Source of the DNA: Octopus bimaculoides
Lineage: Eukaryota
DNA length: 64,000 nucleotides
NCBI RefSeq assembly: GCF_001194135.2
Contig: NC_068981.1
Span: 182,408,921-182,472,920 of the forward strand
Direction: 5' to 3'
Both the position numbers and the translations under genes were made by a program. The first letter of the stretch is position 1. Each line of letters starts with the position of its first letter. The notes below the pieces were generated by a model, which saw nothing but the letters and a program-made list of their open reading frames with translations, was not told the origin of the DNA and did not search any database. Below, piece by piece: positions 23,601 through 34,294 of the stretch.

Positions 23601-26600
23601 CTTAAAATTAATCATGTATTATCTTGTAGCTTTGACATTTCAATGATGTGATTGTTTAGTTTTAAAATGACATTGCAGGATAGGTGTGAAAGACCAGATC
23701 TGCCCAATTTGAACATAAAGTATGCAGAATATATGGGCCTGATGTGGCTGGTTTAAATGCTAAAGAGTTAACAATGATAAAGAGTTGTTTGCAACAGAGT
23801 TTTATGTGATATGATTGAATAGCAGAATGTTTCTCTTTCCATTTTGTAATTACTTCATCTCACAGTGCAGTTTTGTTGTTGTTGGCACTCCGTCACTTAC
23901 GACAACGAGGGTTCCAGTTGATCCGATCAACGGAACAGCCTGCTCGTGAAATTAACGTGCAAGTGGCTGAGCACTCCACAGACATGTGTACCTTTAATGT
24001 AGTTCTCGGGGATATTCAGCGTGACACAGTGTGGCAAGATTGACCCTTTGAATTACAGGCACAACAGAAACAGGAAGTAAGAGTGAGAGAAAGTTGTGGT
24101 GAAAGAGTACAGCAGAGTTCGCCACCATCCCCTGCCGGAGCCTCGTGGAGCTGTAGGTGTTTTCGCTCAATAAACACTCACAACGCCCGGTCTGGGAATC
24201 GAAACCACGATCCTATGACCGCGAGTCTGCTGCCCTAACCACTGGGCCATTGTGACTACATGCGCAGTTACATACAGGATAAATACATAATGCACAAAAA
24301 TGCTAAATAAAAGTTGAACAAATCTTTCTATTAGACACTTCAATTCCTGATTTTATATATTTGGCCTGGCCAATAAAGTCATACCCAAGACTAGGGACTT
24401 TAAACTGCCTGGTCCTTATGGGAATAACTTTCAGCTGAATCCAGTACTTGGGCTCTGGTTCAGGAGTTTCAGTATTTGGAGGAACATGGAATCACCTGCT
24501 TAGATGAACAGACAACAAACTGTCAACAACCAGGGTTAACCGTTCCAGTTATGAAACTATTGCTATCATCTTCATGATGTGTGCAGATGAAATATTTCAA
24601 GAACCCAGGCCAGACATTCCTGCCTCATTGCCAGGTCAGGACAGCTGGTATGGATGAGTTGCATTGGTGTGAGCAAGTTATCTGACCAGATAATGATGAT
24701 GAGTAAAGTCATAGCATGACATTAGAATGGTCACAGGCAAACTGCACATTAAAGAAAAATTACCTTGAATTTTTTTTAGTAGTGCAGCTCACCTGATGAC
24801 AAGTCATGTACCAAGCAACCTGCTTCTCAAAAAAGGTAGCCAATGCATTAGAGTATGCCTGTAACCCTAACCCTAGTTTATTGAGGATTTTGCTAAACTA
24901 GTCAGCTTGTAAGACCTGTATCACCAAATTTTCGGTTCCAGAGATAGTTCTGAAAAATGTTATTGATTTTGGGGACATATTTTTAAAGGTAAAATAACTT
25001 TCATAATACTAAAATACTGAAATCATAAAGTTGTGTCTATCTTTTTTAATGTTTGCTAGAAAGGAAAACATTTTGATTAGAAGTGACACACCTAATTACT
25101 GCTACTTCTTCATTAAATGACCGTTTTCCATGCTGGCATGGGTTGGACAGTTCAACAGGAGTTAGCAAGCAAGAGGACTGCACCACACTTTAATATCTGC
25201 TTTAGTAAAGTCTCTACAGTTGGTGTCCTTTGAGATAATGATGATGTTTATTAGGTGTTCACTTCTCTATGTAAGAGCATATGACAAGCGTATACTGGAC
25301 CTGAATGGAGTCTGTAGAGATACAAAAGAAGTACACTTCTTGATCTTATGCTCTAATTAGCTTTGATTGTCATCCAAAATAGATGTCACAGTGATTGTAT
25401 GTTTTCAGACACATAACAGATGCAAACTATTGCAGAGAGAAGTAACCCAGAACAAATAAAATAACAAGGAAGAAATTATGTTACCTTTTTTCTCAAATTT
25501 TGTGAACCCAATACCATTTTCATTTACATGAAGCATAATGTATGCAAAACTGTACCAGTTCTCGTTTGATGCTTGTATCTTTCTAGAACAGAAACAGTGA
25601 TAAAGATAATTAAGCCAACTCTTTCATAATTAACTCGTTATTGATTTTTTATTAATTAGCCAACATACTGTTAGGAGAATAGGAATGTCTAGAATAATGA
25701 ATGGTCAGTGGCTTCAGTAAACAAAGCCCGAGGTGATGAGTAGAGGTAAGAGAGATGATGAGTAGAGGTAAGAGAGGTGATGAGTAGAGGTAAAAGATAG
25801 TGAGTAGAGGTGAGAGAGGTGATGAGTAGAGGCATTGATTGCAATCAGACGATGGTCACCTAGATAGTGGAAGCTATCAACTACTTCTAGTTTTTCTCCC
25901 TGGAATGTGGCAGGAGTTGTTCTCTGCACATTTTCAGTGTTTATTGCTCCTGAGCATCTGCCACATACAAAAAATTTTTTGCTAGTTAGCCGTCCTTTGA
26001 TATTGATGCACCTCTTATGTGTCCATAGCTTACACTAGGTACATCTTATGGAGTTTCTACCTATGCCTTTTCTACAGATTGAGCAGGGCCATCTACCTGA
26101 AGGGGTTTGTGCTTTGTCTACCTTCCTACTTATTAGGACTTTGGTTTTAGCTAGGTTGACTCAAAGGCCCTTCGATTCTAGTCCTTGCTTCCACACCTGA
26201 AAATTCTCCTCTAGTTCTGATAGCGACTCAGTAATTAGAGCAAGGTCATCAACATAGAGGAGCTCACACACAGTAATCACTCAGCATGTCGCGGTTCACC
26301 TATTGCACACTCAGTACATTGTGAATTTTTCTGGTTAACTTATGTAAATTTATATTGTGGACTCCTCAGTATATCAGGGTTTCTGTGGCTGATAGGTATT
26401 TATATTTTTTTTAGATTCTAATTATTTCTGTGGGAAGTTTTGGAACGTAACATCAGTGATAGTCAAGGGATTACTGTATATGTGTGTGGATTTATTAGAT
26501 AATAAAACGTATGGTGTGTACCTGGTAGCTTACTGGTAAACCATGTTCACTTTCACAGTGTTTGTTGTGTATTTGGTTAGTGAGGGAAAATGGAAGATAC

Positions 26601-28598
26601 AAGAATTTTTATTATTATTGATCTTCTGTATAAATGAAGTTATATCCTATAATTTGCTGCTTTTCTTTACACGAACTGAGAAGATACTGTGCAGAACTGT
26701 CGTTACATTACCCAAAGAGACACATCTACACCGATAGACACTCCTAAACCAGTTGCTAAGTATCCCATCCATGAGGGATCGAAACGATTGTAGTGACTGT
26801 TAAAAATTCTTGTATCTTTCATCTCTCTCATTAACCCAATACACACACAATATTATGATAATGACTAACAGAAAACTGGTTAGAGAAAGTAGTGTTACTT
26901 CTGGTGTAAATAATTTAAATTACGAAAACTTATTTAGTACTTGTTTCTGTATTCAATAAATCAAACATAATTATAAGACTTCATATTTAAAACTTCAGTT
27001 TGTATGCCGTAAATATTTTATTCATTTTGAAGCACAACGTATAAGAACCATTTCTATAGGCTCGTATTTTTATATTTTCTCAAGTCTAAAAGAAACACAC
27101 TCCCTCTTTTTCTAAACATGTCTATGCAAGAAATAGTTCGTATGCATGTTAGGATTGCTTGAGAATGTCTCTGCAGGTTTGAGTGTGAGTTATAAAGACT
27201 TTGTCTTTTTTTTTTTAAATACAAGCATATAAAAATGTTATGCTGAAAACAAAACAAAACGAAATAAAAAATAAATCAAACAATCGCTTCTGTAATCAAA
27301 TAAAAAAAAAAGTATTATCTGAAATGTTACGATACATAAAACTTTATTTGCCATCATACAAAGGTATTTCAAGTTCAAAGATGGGTTTAAAGTGCCAGTT
27401 CTTTAATAACGACAATTCTATGGGAGCGTATGAACAAACTTCCAGTTGGGTATCACAAACAACATTCCCATATGATATGGTACCATTTTGGAGCAACGGC
27501 AATACAGAATCAAGGGTTCTGTCGAAAAACGCAATGTAACGTCTACAGCAGATATGAACTCCGGTTCTAAACCAACAGGTAGTCAAATATATCTTTGGCC
27601 GGCTTGCTTCTGAGGTCCTTTATGTTAGTGGAGGGAGCGTTTATTTTCTGAGTTGATTATTGCCTTGTCAACTGGGACCACACTAATCCCCTTGAAAGCT
27701 CTCAGAAGGCACATCCTTACAGTTTATTTTTCAATTTGCTTATTCTATTTTTTTTTTCTTTCTTTTTTTGATAAAAGATTTTATAACAGAATAATATAGA
27801 AGACGATAACGCCGTTAGTTGGAGAGGCTAGGGAGGTAAAGGAGGAGTATGAAAGACTGTGAATGAATAAATTAAAGGAAATTAAGAGAGAGTGTTTGAA
27901 TGAATGATAATAAAATACAGCAAGCGGGGAGAAAAATTTATTAATTTATTTTGTAGAATCTAAATCTTAAGTTCAAAACATAAAAATAGTGGGGGTGAGC
28001 CAGAATATATGGTCAATTGATTGAACCTCTTCATTACTATTTGTTTTATCGACTCCTTAGGTGATCAAAGTCCAACCCTATTCGCATTCGATTTGATAAC
28101 ACAAACTATCACAGCAGACTCTCTCTCTCTCTCTCTCTATGCTTCCACACATGTATTGATTTATTTTTGCTTAAGCAAACGGACTTAATGGGAATGGCTA
28201 TATTTAACTTGAGTGAACCCCAGTATATTTCTGACATTTGTTTTAACAGTTGCAGACAGAATGCAAAGTCGACTCTGTCAGAATTTAAGCCCAGATCTGT
28301 GAGGCACAAAATTTTGATGCTGCTAAGAACCTACAAGCTACAACGCACTCTGTTTGCGCCAAATTTTCATACAATCTAACTGATTCTTAAAAGATCGCCA
28401 AAATGATATACAGTGAAAGAAAAATAAGAAACAAGCAAAACATGTAGATATAGAAACATTTAAAAGAATTCTGTACTTAGTCTTTGGTGTGAGTGTCTTG
28501 TTCTGAGTCACAACTTCCTTTACTTTATTTCTTAATATTTTCCTTTCTTTCTTTTGGTCTCAGCTAATGCACATACCACCGACAGATGCGAAAGACAT
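13179..28598 (-). CDS. ENKD1: Enkurin domain-containing protein 1; complement(join(13179..13339,15199..15335,17383..17543,19519..19656,20642..20802,28577..28598)), about 259 aa
   Basis: Phase-consistent exons give KPKNYMNENLKKVHQIQ, LWKSKKFHDVPSR, FLRAHSRSGPP, VDFVKRN, KGVIPKYLKERQAQW, PDPTVPPGHKVLPDNERVETLELL and RQELESKLAEIDEAVKIFSRSKVFVKIED*. These match ENKD1 motifs as I recall them. The first coding exon is less certain. Confidence 0.87.
13849..14104. mobile_element. hAT-family MITE
   Basis: TIRs CAGTGTTTCCCAAA / TTTGGGAACCACTG; 8-bp TSD CTCTAGCT / CTCTAACT. Confidence 0.85.
14187..14405 (-). mobile_element. RTE-type 3' tail copy
   Basis: (CAT)n-CGTTTAAC...CTGGATGCCCTTCC. Confidence 0.75.
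15199..15335 (-). CDS. ENKD1: ENKD1 exon
   Basis: TTTCAG acceptor, GTAAG donor; LKERQAQWVKDEEERIANIPDPTVPPGHKVLPDNERVETLELLQK. Confidence 0.92.
15790..15973 (+). mobile_element. RTE-type 3' tail copy
   Basis: Same family, more diverged. Confidence 0.7.
16278..16745 (-). mobile_element. RTE-type 3' UTR/tail copy with internal GTGCCA..GGCAC repeats
   Basis: Same family, longer copy. Confidence 0.8.
17383..17543 (-). CDS. ENKD1: ENKD1 exon
   Basis: AAATAG acceptor, GTAAG donor; TELLRKDVDFVKRNSRAAKHHQQVRPPSSLRELDAKKKTEEDFNKYKKGVIPKY. Confidence 0.88.
18961..19126 (-). mobile_element. RTE-type 3' tail copy, tail-to-tail with a degenerate + copy (about 18800-18960)
   Basis: (CAT)n at the junction. 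Confidence 0.75.
19519..19656 (-). CDS. ENKD1: ENKD1 exon
   Basis: TTACAG acceptor, GTATG donor; KEPSAPGNFLRAHSRSGPPTRLSNEKESVEVPFEKLSLTSVDDQKQ. Confidence 0.88.
20642..20802 (-). CDS. ENKD1: ENKD1 exon
   Basis: TTCCAG acceptor, GTATG donor; ESKPKNYMNENLKKVHQIQKLVRSKTLESHEAPKELWKSKKFHDVPSRFRGQLQ. Confidence 0.88.
21150..21725 (+). mobile_element. RTE-type 3' UTR/tail copy
   Basis: Matches 36960-37645; ends in (GAT)n. Confidence 0.8.
23548..23767. mobile_element. piggyBac-type MITE
   Basis: TTAA|CCCTTTAGCATT...AATGCTAAAGAG|TTAA; diverged copy at about 54853-55072. Confidence 0.8.
23875..24256 (-). mobile_element. tRNA-derived SINE (same family as 12458-12841)
   Basis: Reverse complement aligns along its full length. 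Confidence 0.8.
25733..25832. repeat. 22-bp tandem repeat (GTGATGAGTAGAGGTAAGAGAG), about 4.5 units
   Basis: Read directly; abuts the broken end of an RTE RT fragment. Confidence 0.85.
25855..26265 (-). mobile_element. RTE-clade RT fragment with an inserted PHD-like Zn finger
   Basis: ELLYVDDLALITESLSELEENFQVWKQGLESKGL*VNLAKTKVL...WPCSICRKGIGRNSIRCT*CKLWTHKRC...FVCGRC...LEVVDSFHYLGD. Confidence 0.85.
28577..28598 (-). CDS. ENKD1: Putative ENKD1 first coding exon (MSFASVG)
   Basis: AACAAC-ATG context, in-frame stop upstream, phase-1 donor G|GTATGT matching the phase-1 acceptor at 20802. Confidence 0.55.
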
Positions 28599-28819
28599 GT
28601 TGTTATGGCAGTGTTGTCACGATACGAACTTAATAAAACTTTTTCCGGTGTAACGGATTCATTTCTTTTGAAAGTAGTATAATAATTTTACAATATTTAA
28701 ACTACTATATGTATTTTCGTGTTTCGCTTTAAAACGCATATATTTTACTTTAAAAAATTATTTATATATTTCATAACTTTGTTCTAATTATCATTATTAT
28801 TCTCTTGTACTTTTTTTCC

Positions 28820-28833
28820 GTTGCTATAGAAAT
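28820..28833. promoter_or_regulatory. RFX X-box-like motif between divergent ENKD1 and C2orf81-like genes
   Basis: GTTGCTATAGAAAT, a near-palindromic X-box; weaker sites GTTGTTATGGCAGT (28599-28612) and GTTGTCACGATAC (28613-28625). Confidence 0.55.
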
Positions 28834-29948
28834 CGACTGCGGGATGACCTATAAACAGGTAACTCTGCCCAATTAATATTAATTGCTCTTAGGATGTTAA
28901 GCTATCGGTTATATCTGGCGTAGCTAAAAGCTTCCTTTCATTTCTATTTTGAATATCAGTGAGTATTGATTTTGCTATGATTATTAGTTTCCATTTCACA
29001 TACAGACAAATGTTATATGTTTTGTTAAACAAACAGGAAAAAAAGCACTCAGTTAATATGGAATAGTTTTATTTATTTGTCCGCAGCTGATGATACACTC
29101 CACCGTCTCTCAGAGTTTTTCTCTTCGCCTGCGATCTTTTTTGGCCCTTAGAATCGATCGCACGATAGCGACCGAATGAATGAATCCTCGACCTCCGATG
29201 AATACTCACGCACACACACACATACACACACACACGCGCGCACACGAAGTTTTGGGTGTAACAAACAGAGCAGAGTTATCAATACATGTAGCAAAGTTTA
29301 TTTATGAAATTGTTTTGCAAGATTCCTGAAATCGTGGGGTGAAACAGATATTTTTATATTTCGGGACAGTCACTTTTTTCTTGCCAAATAAACACTTGTT
29401 TATTATTGTTCTTATGTTATGTCCATTGTCTGGAAGTCTTTCGTCACACACCTGTGACCTCTTCAGCGACTCTCCATCCCGCGTGTCTCCCCCTGTTCTG
29501 TTTAGTCCATTCTGTCTTTCTATGGTGTGTTTATATATCTGCACAAGCGTTTGCGCGCCCACGCGTGTGTATGTATCGCTATGTGTTTTGTATGTGTGTT
29601 TTGTGTATATGTATGAGTTTGCTTACCATACTGTTGTTTCCATGCCTTTTATTTATTTATTTATTTATTTATTTCTCTATTTTCCCCGCCGTTTCATCTT
29701 AAGCATGTGTATGTGTGTCGTTTGTTTTCGTCTATATGGGCTTATGTATTATCCTGTTTGTATCTGTCTAATCTCCCCACACCATTCTGTCTTTAGTTGT
29801 CATGTTCCAGACAATGGACATAAAATAACGACGATGATAAACAAGTGAATAATAAATATATACTGTGTGTGTTTGGCAAGAAAAAAAAATGGCCATCCCA
29901 ATATATAACAATATGAATTGATACAAAATAAATAGGTATATAGGCGTA

Positions 29949-30099
29949 GGAGTGGCTGTGTGGTAAGTAGCTTGCTTACCAACCACATGGTTCTGGGTTC
30001 AGTCCCATTGCATGGCACCTTGGGCAAGTGTCTTCTACTATAGCCTCGGGCCAACCAAAACCTTGTGAGTGAATTTGGTAGACGGAAACTGAAAGAAGC

Positions 30100-30139
<40 letters not shown>

Positions 30140-30351
30140 NNNNNNNNNNTGTGTTTGTCCCCCCAACATCGCTTGACAACCGATGCTGGTGTGTTTACAT
30201 CCCCGTAACTTAGCGGTTCAGCAAAAGAGACCAATAGAATAAGTATTAGGTTTACAAAGAATAAGTCCTGGGGTCGATTTGCTCGACTAAAGGTGGTGCT
30301 CCAGCATGGCCGCAGTCAAATGACTGAAACAAGTAAAAGAGTAAAAGAGTA
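29949..30351 (+). mobile_element. tRNA-headed SINE with central (TA)n/(TG)n and (GTAAAAGA)n tail
   Basis: A box TGGCTGTGTGG, B box GGTTCAGTCCC; copies at 32337, 42241, 43713, 57788 and reverse at 61311. Confidence 0.85.
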
Positions 30352-31629
30352 AGGTATGCTTTCATTCTGGCTATCTAAATCTTCTTATGCATTCTATGTC
30401 TGTCTTTAGTAACTGTTGTGACACCTTTAACAAATTCACCCCCTTTTAGTATGCTGGGTGCAAAGTTCATCTTTGTCCTTCTGGCTTCTAATATCAAACT
30501 ACTAAGCCACATTAATTGCATGGATATGCAATGGGTCTAATATTTATGTTAACACTTTTAATATTAATAATAGATCACTCTTTCATAATGAAATGAGAAA
30601 CTTTTTCAGGGATGACTTCTGCACGAGGCACATATATTTAAATGGAGGCTAATGTATTTAATGTAATCGATTCATTAAAAATTAGTTTTAATTAATTAAA
30701 ACCACACATGCAGAAAAGGGGGGAAAAAATCATTGCCTTCGTGATAATTTGTGTCAAGAAAGGCAAGGGAGCTAACTTTAAAATCAAGACTACTTAAAAT
30801 TTGAATGGTAGTATGATGTTGAGAGCAAGTCAGAATTTTGGTGGATGTGGTGACAACTGTTGACATGTTTCCGTATGATTAAACCTGCTCCGTAAAGCAT
30901 GATCTTACTCATTGAGAGTAACTATTGGTTAATCTGACAGGGAAGAATTGATAATATTTGGGCCTCAAAATAATTAATCTTCAGTGCAGGTAAACACTTC
31001 ATCAATAATTTGGTGTCTTCCTTTGCTGATATATTCAAAGGAGAGACTGTATTTTATTAAATACAAGTTTCAACAAAGAATTTAAAGCACTTTTTTTTCT
31101 TTTTTGATTATGTAAATATTTCAGGTGTTATTTTCAGTCAAATTAATCTCAAAATCATCATTATTATTTTTTTTTTAAAAAGAATAGGAGGGAGTGGAGT
31201 AAACGAGCCTTATTGCAGATATCATAAACATATCCCATGAATCTCTCCAACTAATCTTAAATGAACTGCAGCTTCTTTTCTTTTTTTTTTTTATATCAGT
31301 TTCCTCATGTAATTTATTTTTATTGACATAATGTTTGCTTGTTTAAAAAAATGAATGTTTCACACATTGGCAATTTCAAATGTTTAATTCTCAGTTATTA
31401 CGGTGTTCATCTCTAAAAGATAAAATTTTATATCCATTCAGTATGAATTGCAAATTAAATCAAATCTCTATGATAATTTTTCAGTCACTAGAGCATCCAA
31501 GCCATCAATAATGATGGCAGGTGTTTTACTAAACTTTTTAAAATTTACAACATTTTGGCCTGTCACCATCATCATTGTCATCATCATCATCATCATTATC
31601 ATCATCATCATTTAATGTTCATGTTGTAG

Positions 31630-31885
31630 AAGTGCATGGCTTAATGGTTAGAGTGTTTGACTCATGGTCATAGGATTGTGGTTTCAATTCCTGGACAGGG
31701 TGACGTGTTGTGTTCTTGGGAAAAACACTTCATTTCACGTTGCTCCAGTCCACTCAGCTGGCAAAAATGAATAATCCTGTAACTGACCAGTGTGTCATCC
31801 AGATGGAGAATTTATATGCCATGGAAACCAGGAAAGCAGCCCTATGAGTCTGTATGACTTGGGAAGGAACTTAAAACTTAAAAAA
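31630..31885 (+). mobile_element. tRNA-derived SINE of another family; related reverse copies at about 36260-36610 and 37690-37950
   Basis: TGGCTTAATGG A box, GGTTTCAATTCC B box, CACTTCATTTCACGTTGCTCCAGTCCACTCAGCTG core. Confidence 0.65.
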
Positions 31886-32336
31886 AGGTTCGTGCTTCAT
31901 GCTGGTATGGGGTGGATTTTGACAAGGATCCACTGAGTCAAAGGACCACATCATGCTCCAGTGTCTGTTTTGGCATGGTTTCTATGACTGGATGTCTCTC
32001 CTAAAACCAACCACTTTACAGTGTGTACTGGGCCCTTTTTACATGACACCAGCGCTTTTGAGGTCACCATGTAGCTTGCAAGTCAACAAACCCACAAAGG
32101 GAAGGTGCTGCATCTGTATGTTAGGATGGGGGTTGAGCAAGTTGTTGTTGTAGAGGAGCTTCATGGCTACTCACATTTAGTAGAATGAATTAGAAGCATC
32201 TTCAAGGAGATAGGCAGTGGTGATGAGGTGTCCAGGTGACACCTCAGGTAGCAGGAGCAGCAGTGAGGGAAGTGGGGGTTTCAAGAGGGTATAGGGAAAA
32301 GGGAGAGGGAGATAGGCAATATCTGTAAAGATTGGT

Positions 32337-32810
32337 GAAGTGGCTGTGTGGTAAGTAGCTTGCTTACCAACCACATGGTTCTGGGTTCAGTCCCACTGCG
32401 TGACACCTTGGGCAAGTGTCTTCTACTATAGCCTCGGGCCGACCAAATCCTTGTGAGTGGANNNNNNNNNNACCTTGGGCAAGTGTCTTCTACTATAGCC
32501 TCGGGCCGACCAAATCCTTGTGAGTGGATTTGATAGACAGAAACTGAAAGAAGCCTGTCGTATATATGTGTATATATATATATGTATGTGTGTGTGTATA
32601 TTTGCATGTCTGTGTTTGCACCCGCCCCCACATCGCTTGACAACCGATGCTGGTGTGTTTCGATCCCCGTAACTTAGCGGTTCAGCAAAAGAGACCGATA
32701 GAATAAGTACTAGGCTTACAAAGAATAAGTCCTGGGGTCGATTTGCTCGACTAAAGGCAGTGCTCCAGCATGTCCACAATCAAATTACTGAAACGAGTAA
32801 AAGAGTAAAG
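32337..32810 (+). mobile_element. tRNA-headed SINE copy (contains a 10-N gap with duplicated flanks)
   Basis: Same family as 29949-30351. Confidence 0.85.
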
Positions 32811-33310
32811 AACCATCTTCAAAATTTCGACAAATCACAAAATTAAAAACCTGGGTTAGAATGGGTTAAGGGGTACAATGTGCATGAATTAAGGAGGCTA
32901 CAGTGATGCTGGCAGCAGGGCAGTAATGATGATATCATTAACAGTTGGGAGAGGAGAGATGATGTGTTTGGGTAGGTTGCAGGAGAGGAGTAGAGTGATG
33001 AACAGGCCTAGTGTATGAGGAAAGATAATTTGGTGGTCTGGGAAGAGGATGATGGCAACTGTAACATGTGGGTGTGGAGAACAATATTAATGGATGAAGA
33101 ATGGCCAACAAGTGAGTGAGATGGTTTTGGGCAGCAAGAGAGAAAAATGGTATTGGGATAGTGGGAAGAGCTGTAGTAGTGGTGGGAGGAAGGGTGACTT
33201 GAAGGTGGAGGACTGATTGAGCTGCTCTCTCTCACTCTCTCTCTCTCTCTCTCATACACACACACATACACAAAATATATATGTAAGCACTAAAAGCACA
33301 AGGGACTTAA

Positions 33311-34030
33311 ACTCACTCAAATACCCAGGAGGCTCTCTTGAGGTAGTTGATAGTTTCTGCTATTTAGGTGACCAAATTAGTAACATTGGTGGATACTCTG
33401 AAAGTATTGTTTCTACAGGGTGTCCACAAAGTCTGGGTACAGGGAGTAAATAAAATCATAATATAAACAATTAAATATAAGAAATAATAATTTCTTAAAG
33501 TATGTGTTAATCTCTATGTACCCAGACTTTGTGGACACCCTGTAGAATAAGAAAAGAATGGAGGAAGTTCAGAGAACTTCTCCTTCTGTTGGCAACAAAG
33601 GGACTCTCTCTCAGAGTGAAAGGTAGAGTGTATGATGCTTGTGTGAGAATGGCTATATTACATGGTAGTGAGACATGGGCTTTGACTGGAGAGGAATGAA
33701 GGTAGTATGCTCCATTGGATTTGCAACGTCAGTATGTATGACCAGCAAATCACAACTGTGTTGAGAGAAAAGCTAGGCATAAGAGCAATTAAATGTGGCA
33801 TGCAGGAGAGGAGATTGCATGTGATGCGTGAGTGAAGACAGCTGTATACAGAAGTGCCAGTCACTGAAAGTGGATAGTACCTATGGAAGAGGGAGACCCA
33901 GGAAGACATGGGATGAAGTGTTGAGGACCGATCTTAAGATGTTGAGGCTCATGGAGGAAATGACAATGGACCAAGATGTTTGGTGATATAAGGTTCTTAA
34001 GAAGACCCACCCATATCAGTGAAACTGAGT
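33311..34030 (+). mobile_element. RTE-clade LINE 3' coding fragment interrupted by a MITE
   Basis: LEVVDSFCYLGDQIS...ESIVS|RIRKEWRKFRELL..LATKGLSLRVKGRVYDACVRMAILHGSETWALT...GRPRKTWDEVLRTDLKML. Confidence 0.85.
33416..33542. mobile_element. 127-bp Tc1/mariner-type MITE
   Basis: Perfect 26-bp TIR CAGGGTGTCCACAAAGTCTGGGTACA with TA duplication on both sides. Confidence 0.92.
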
Positions 34031-34294
34031 GCTAGAAGAGTTGTGTCCCACCCACATGTAACAGCAAACTTTTCACATAAGCTACTCCAAGAAACCAAAC
34101 TACATTTCCTCTTCTAAACTGCATCTTTCTCTTCCTCACATTTCCTCTTCATAAACTATGATTGTCTTCCAATCCTCTTTCCCACCCCCAGTGCCCTGAT
34201 CACTGTATTGCTGCATTCCACATCTCCCACCCCCATTTTTCTACCTAGGTTTTCACCAGTCACTGCAATCCCTAATTCTTACTTGTGCCTTCTT

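Noticed and set aside
24195-24256. tRNA-like sequence with A/B boxes and a TCG anticodon-like loop (also at 12458, 29949, 42241)
   Set aside because: No complete acceptor stem, and each continues into a SINE body; these are SINE heads, not tRNA genes.
27344-27586. 80-aa - strand ORF as a missing ENKD1 exon
   Set aside because: It ends in a stop codon, has no suitable phase-1 donor, and shows no ENKD1-like motif.
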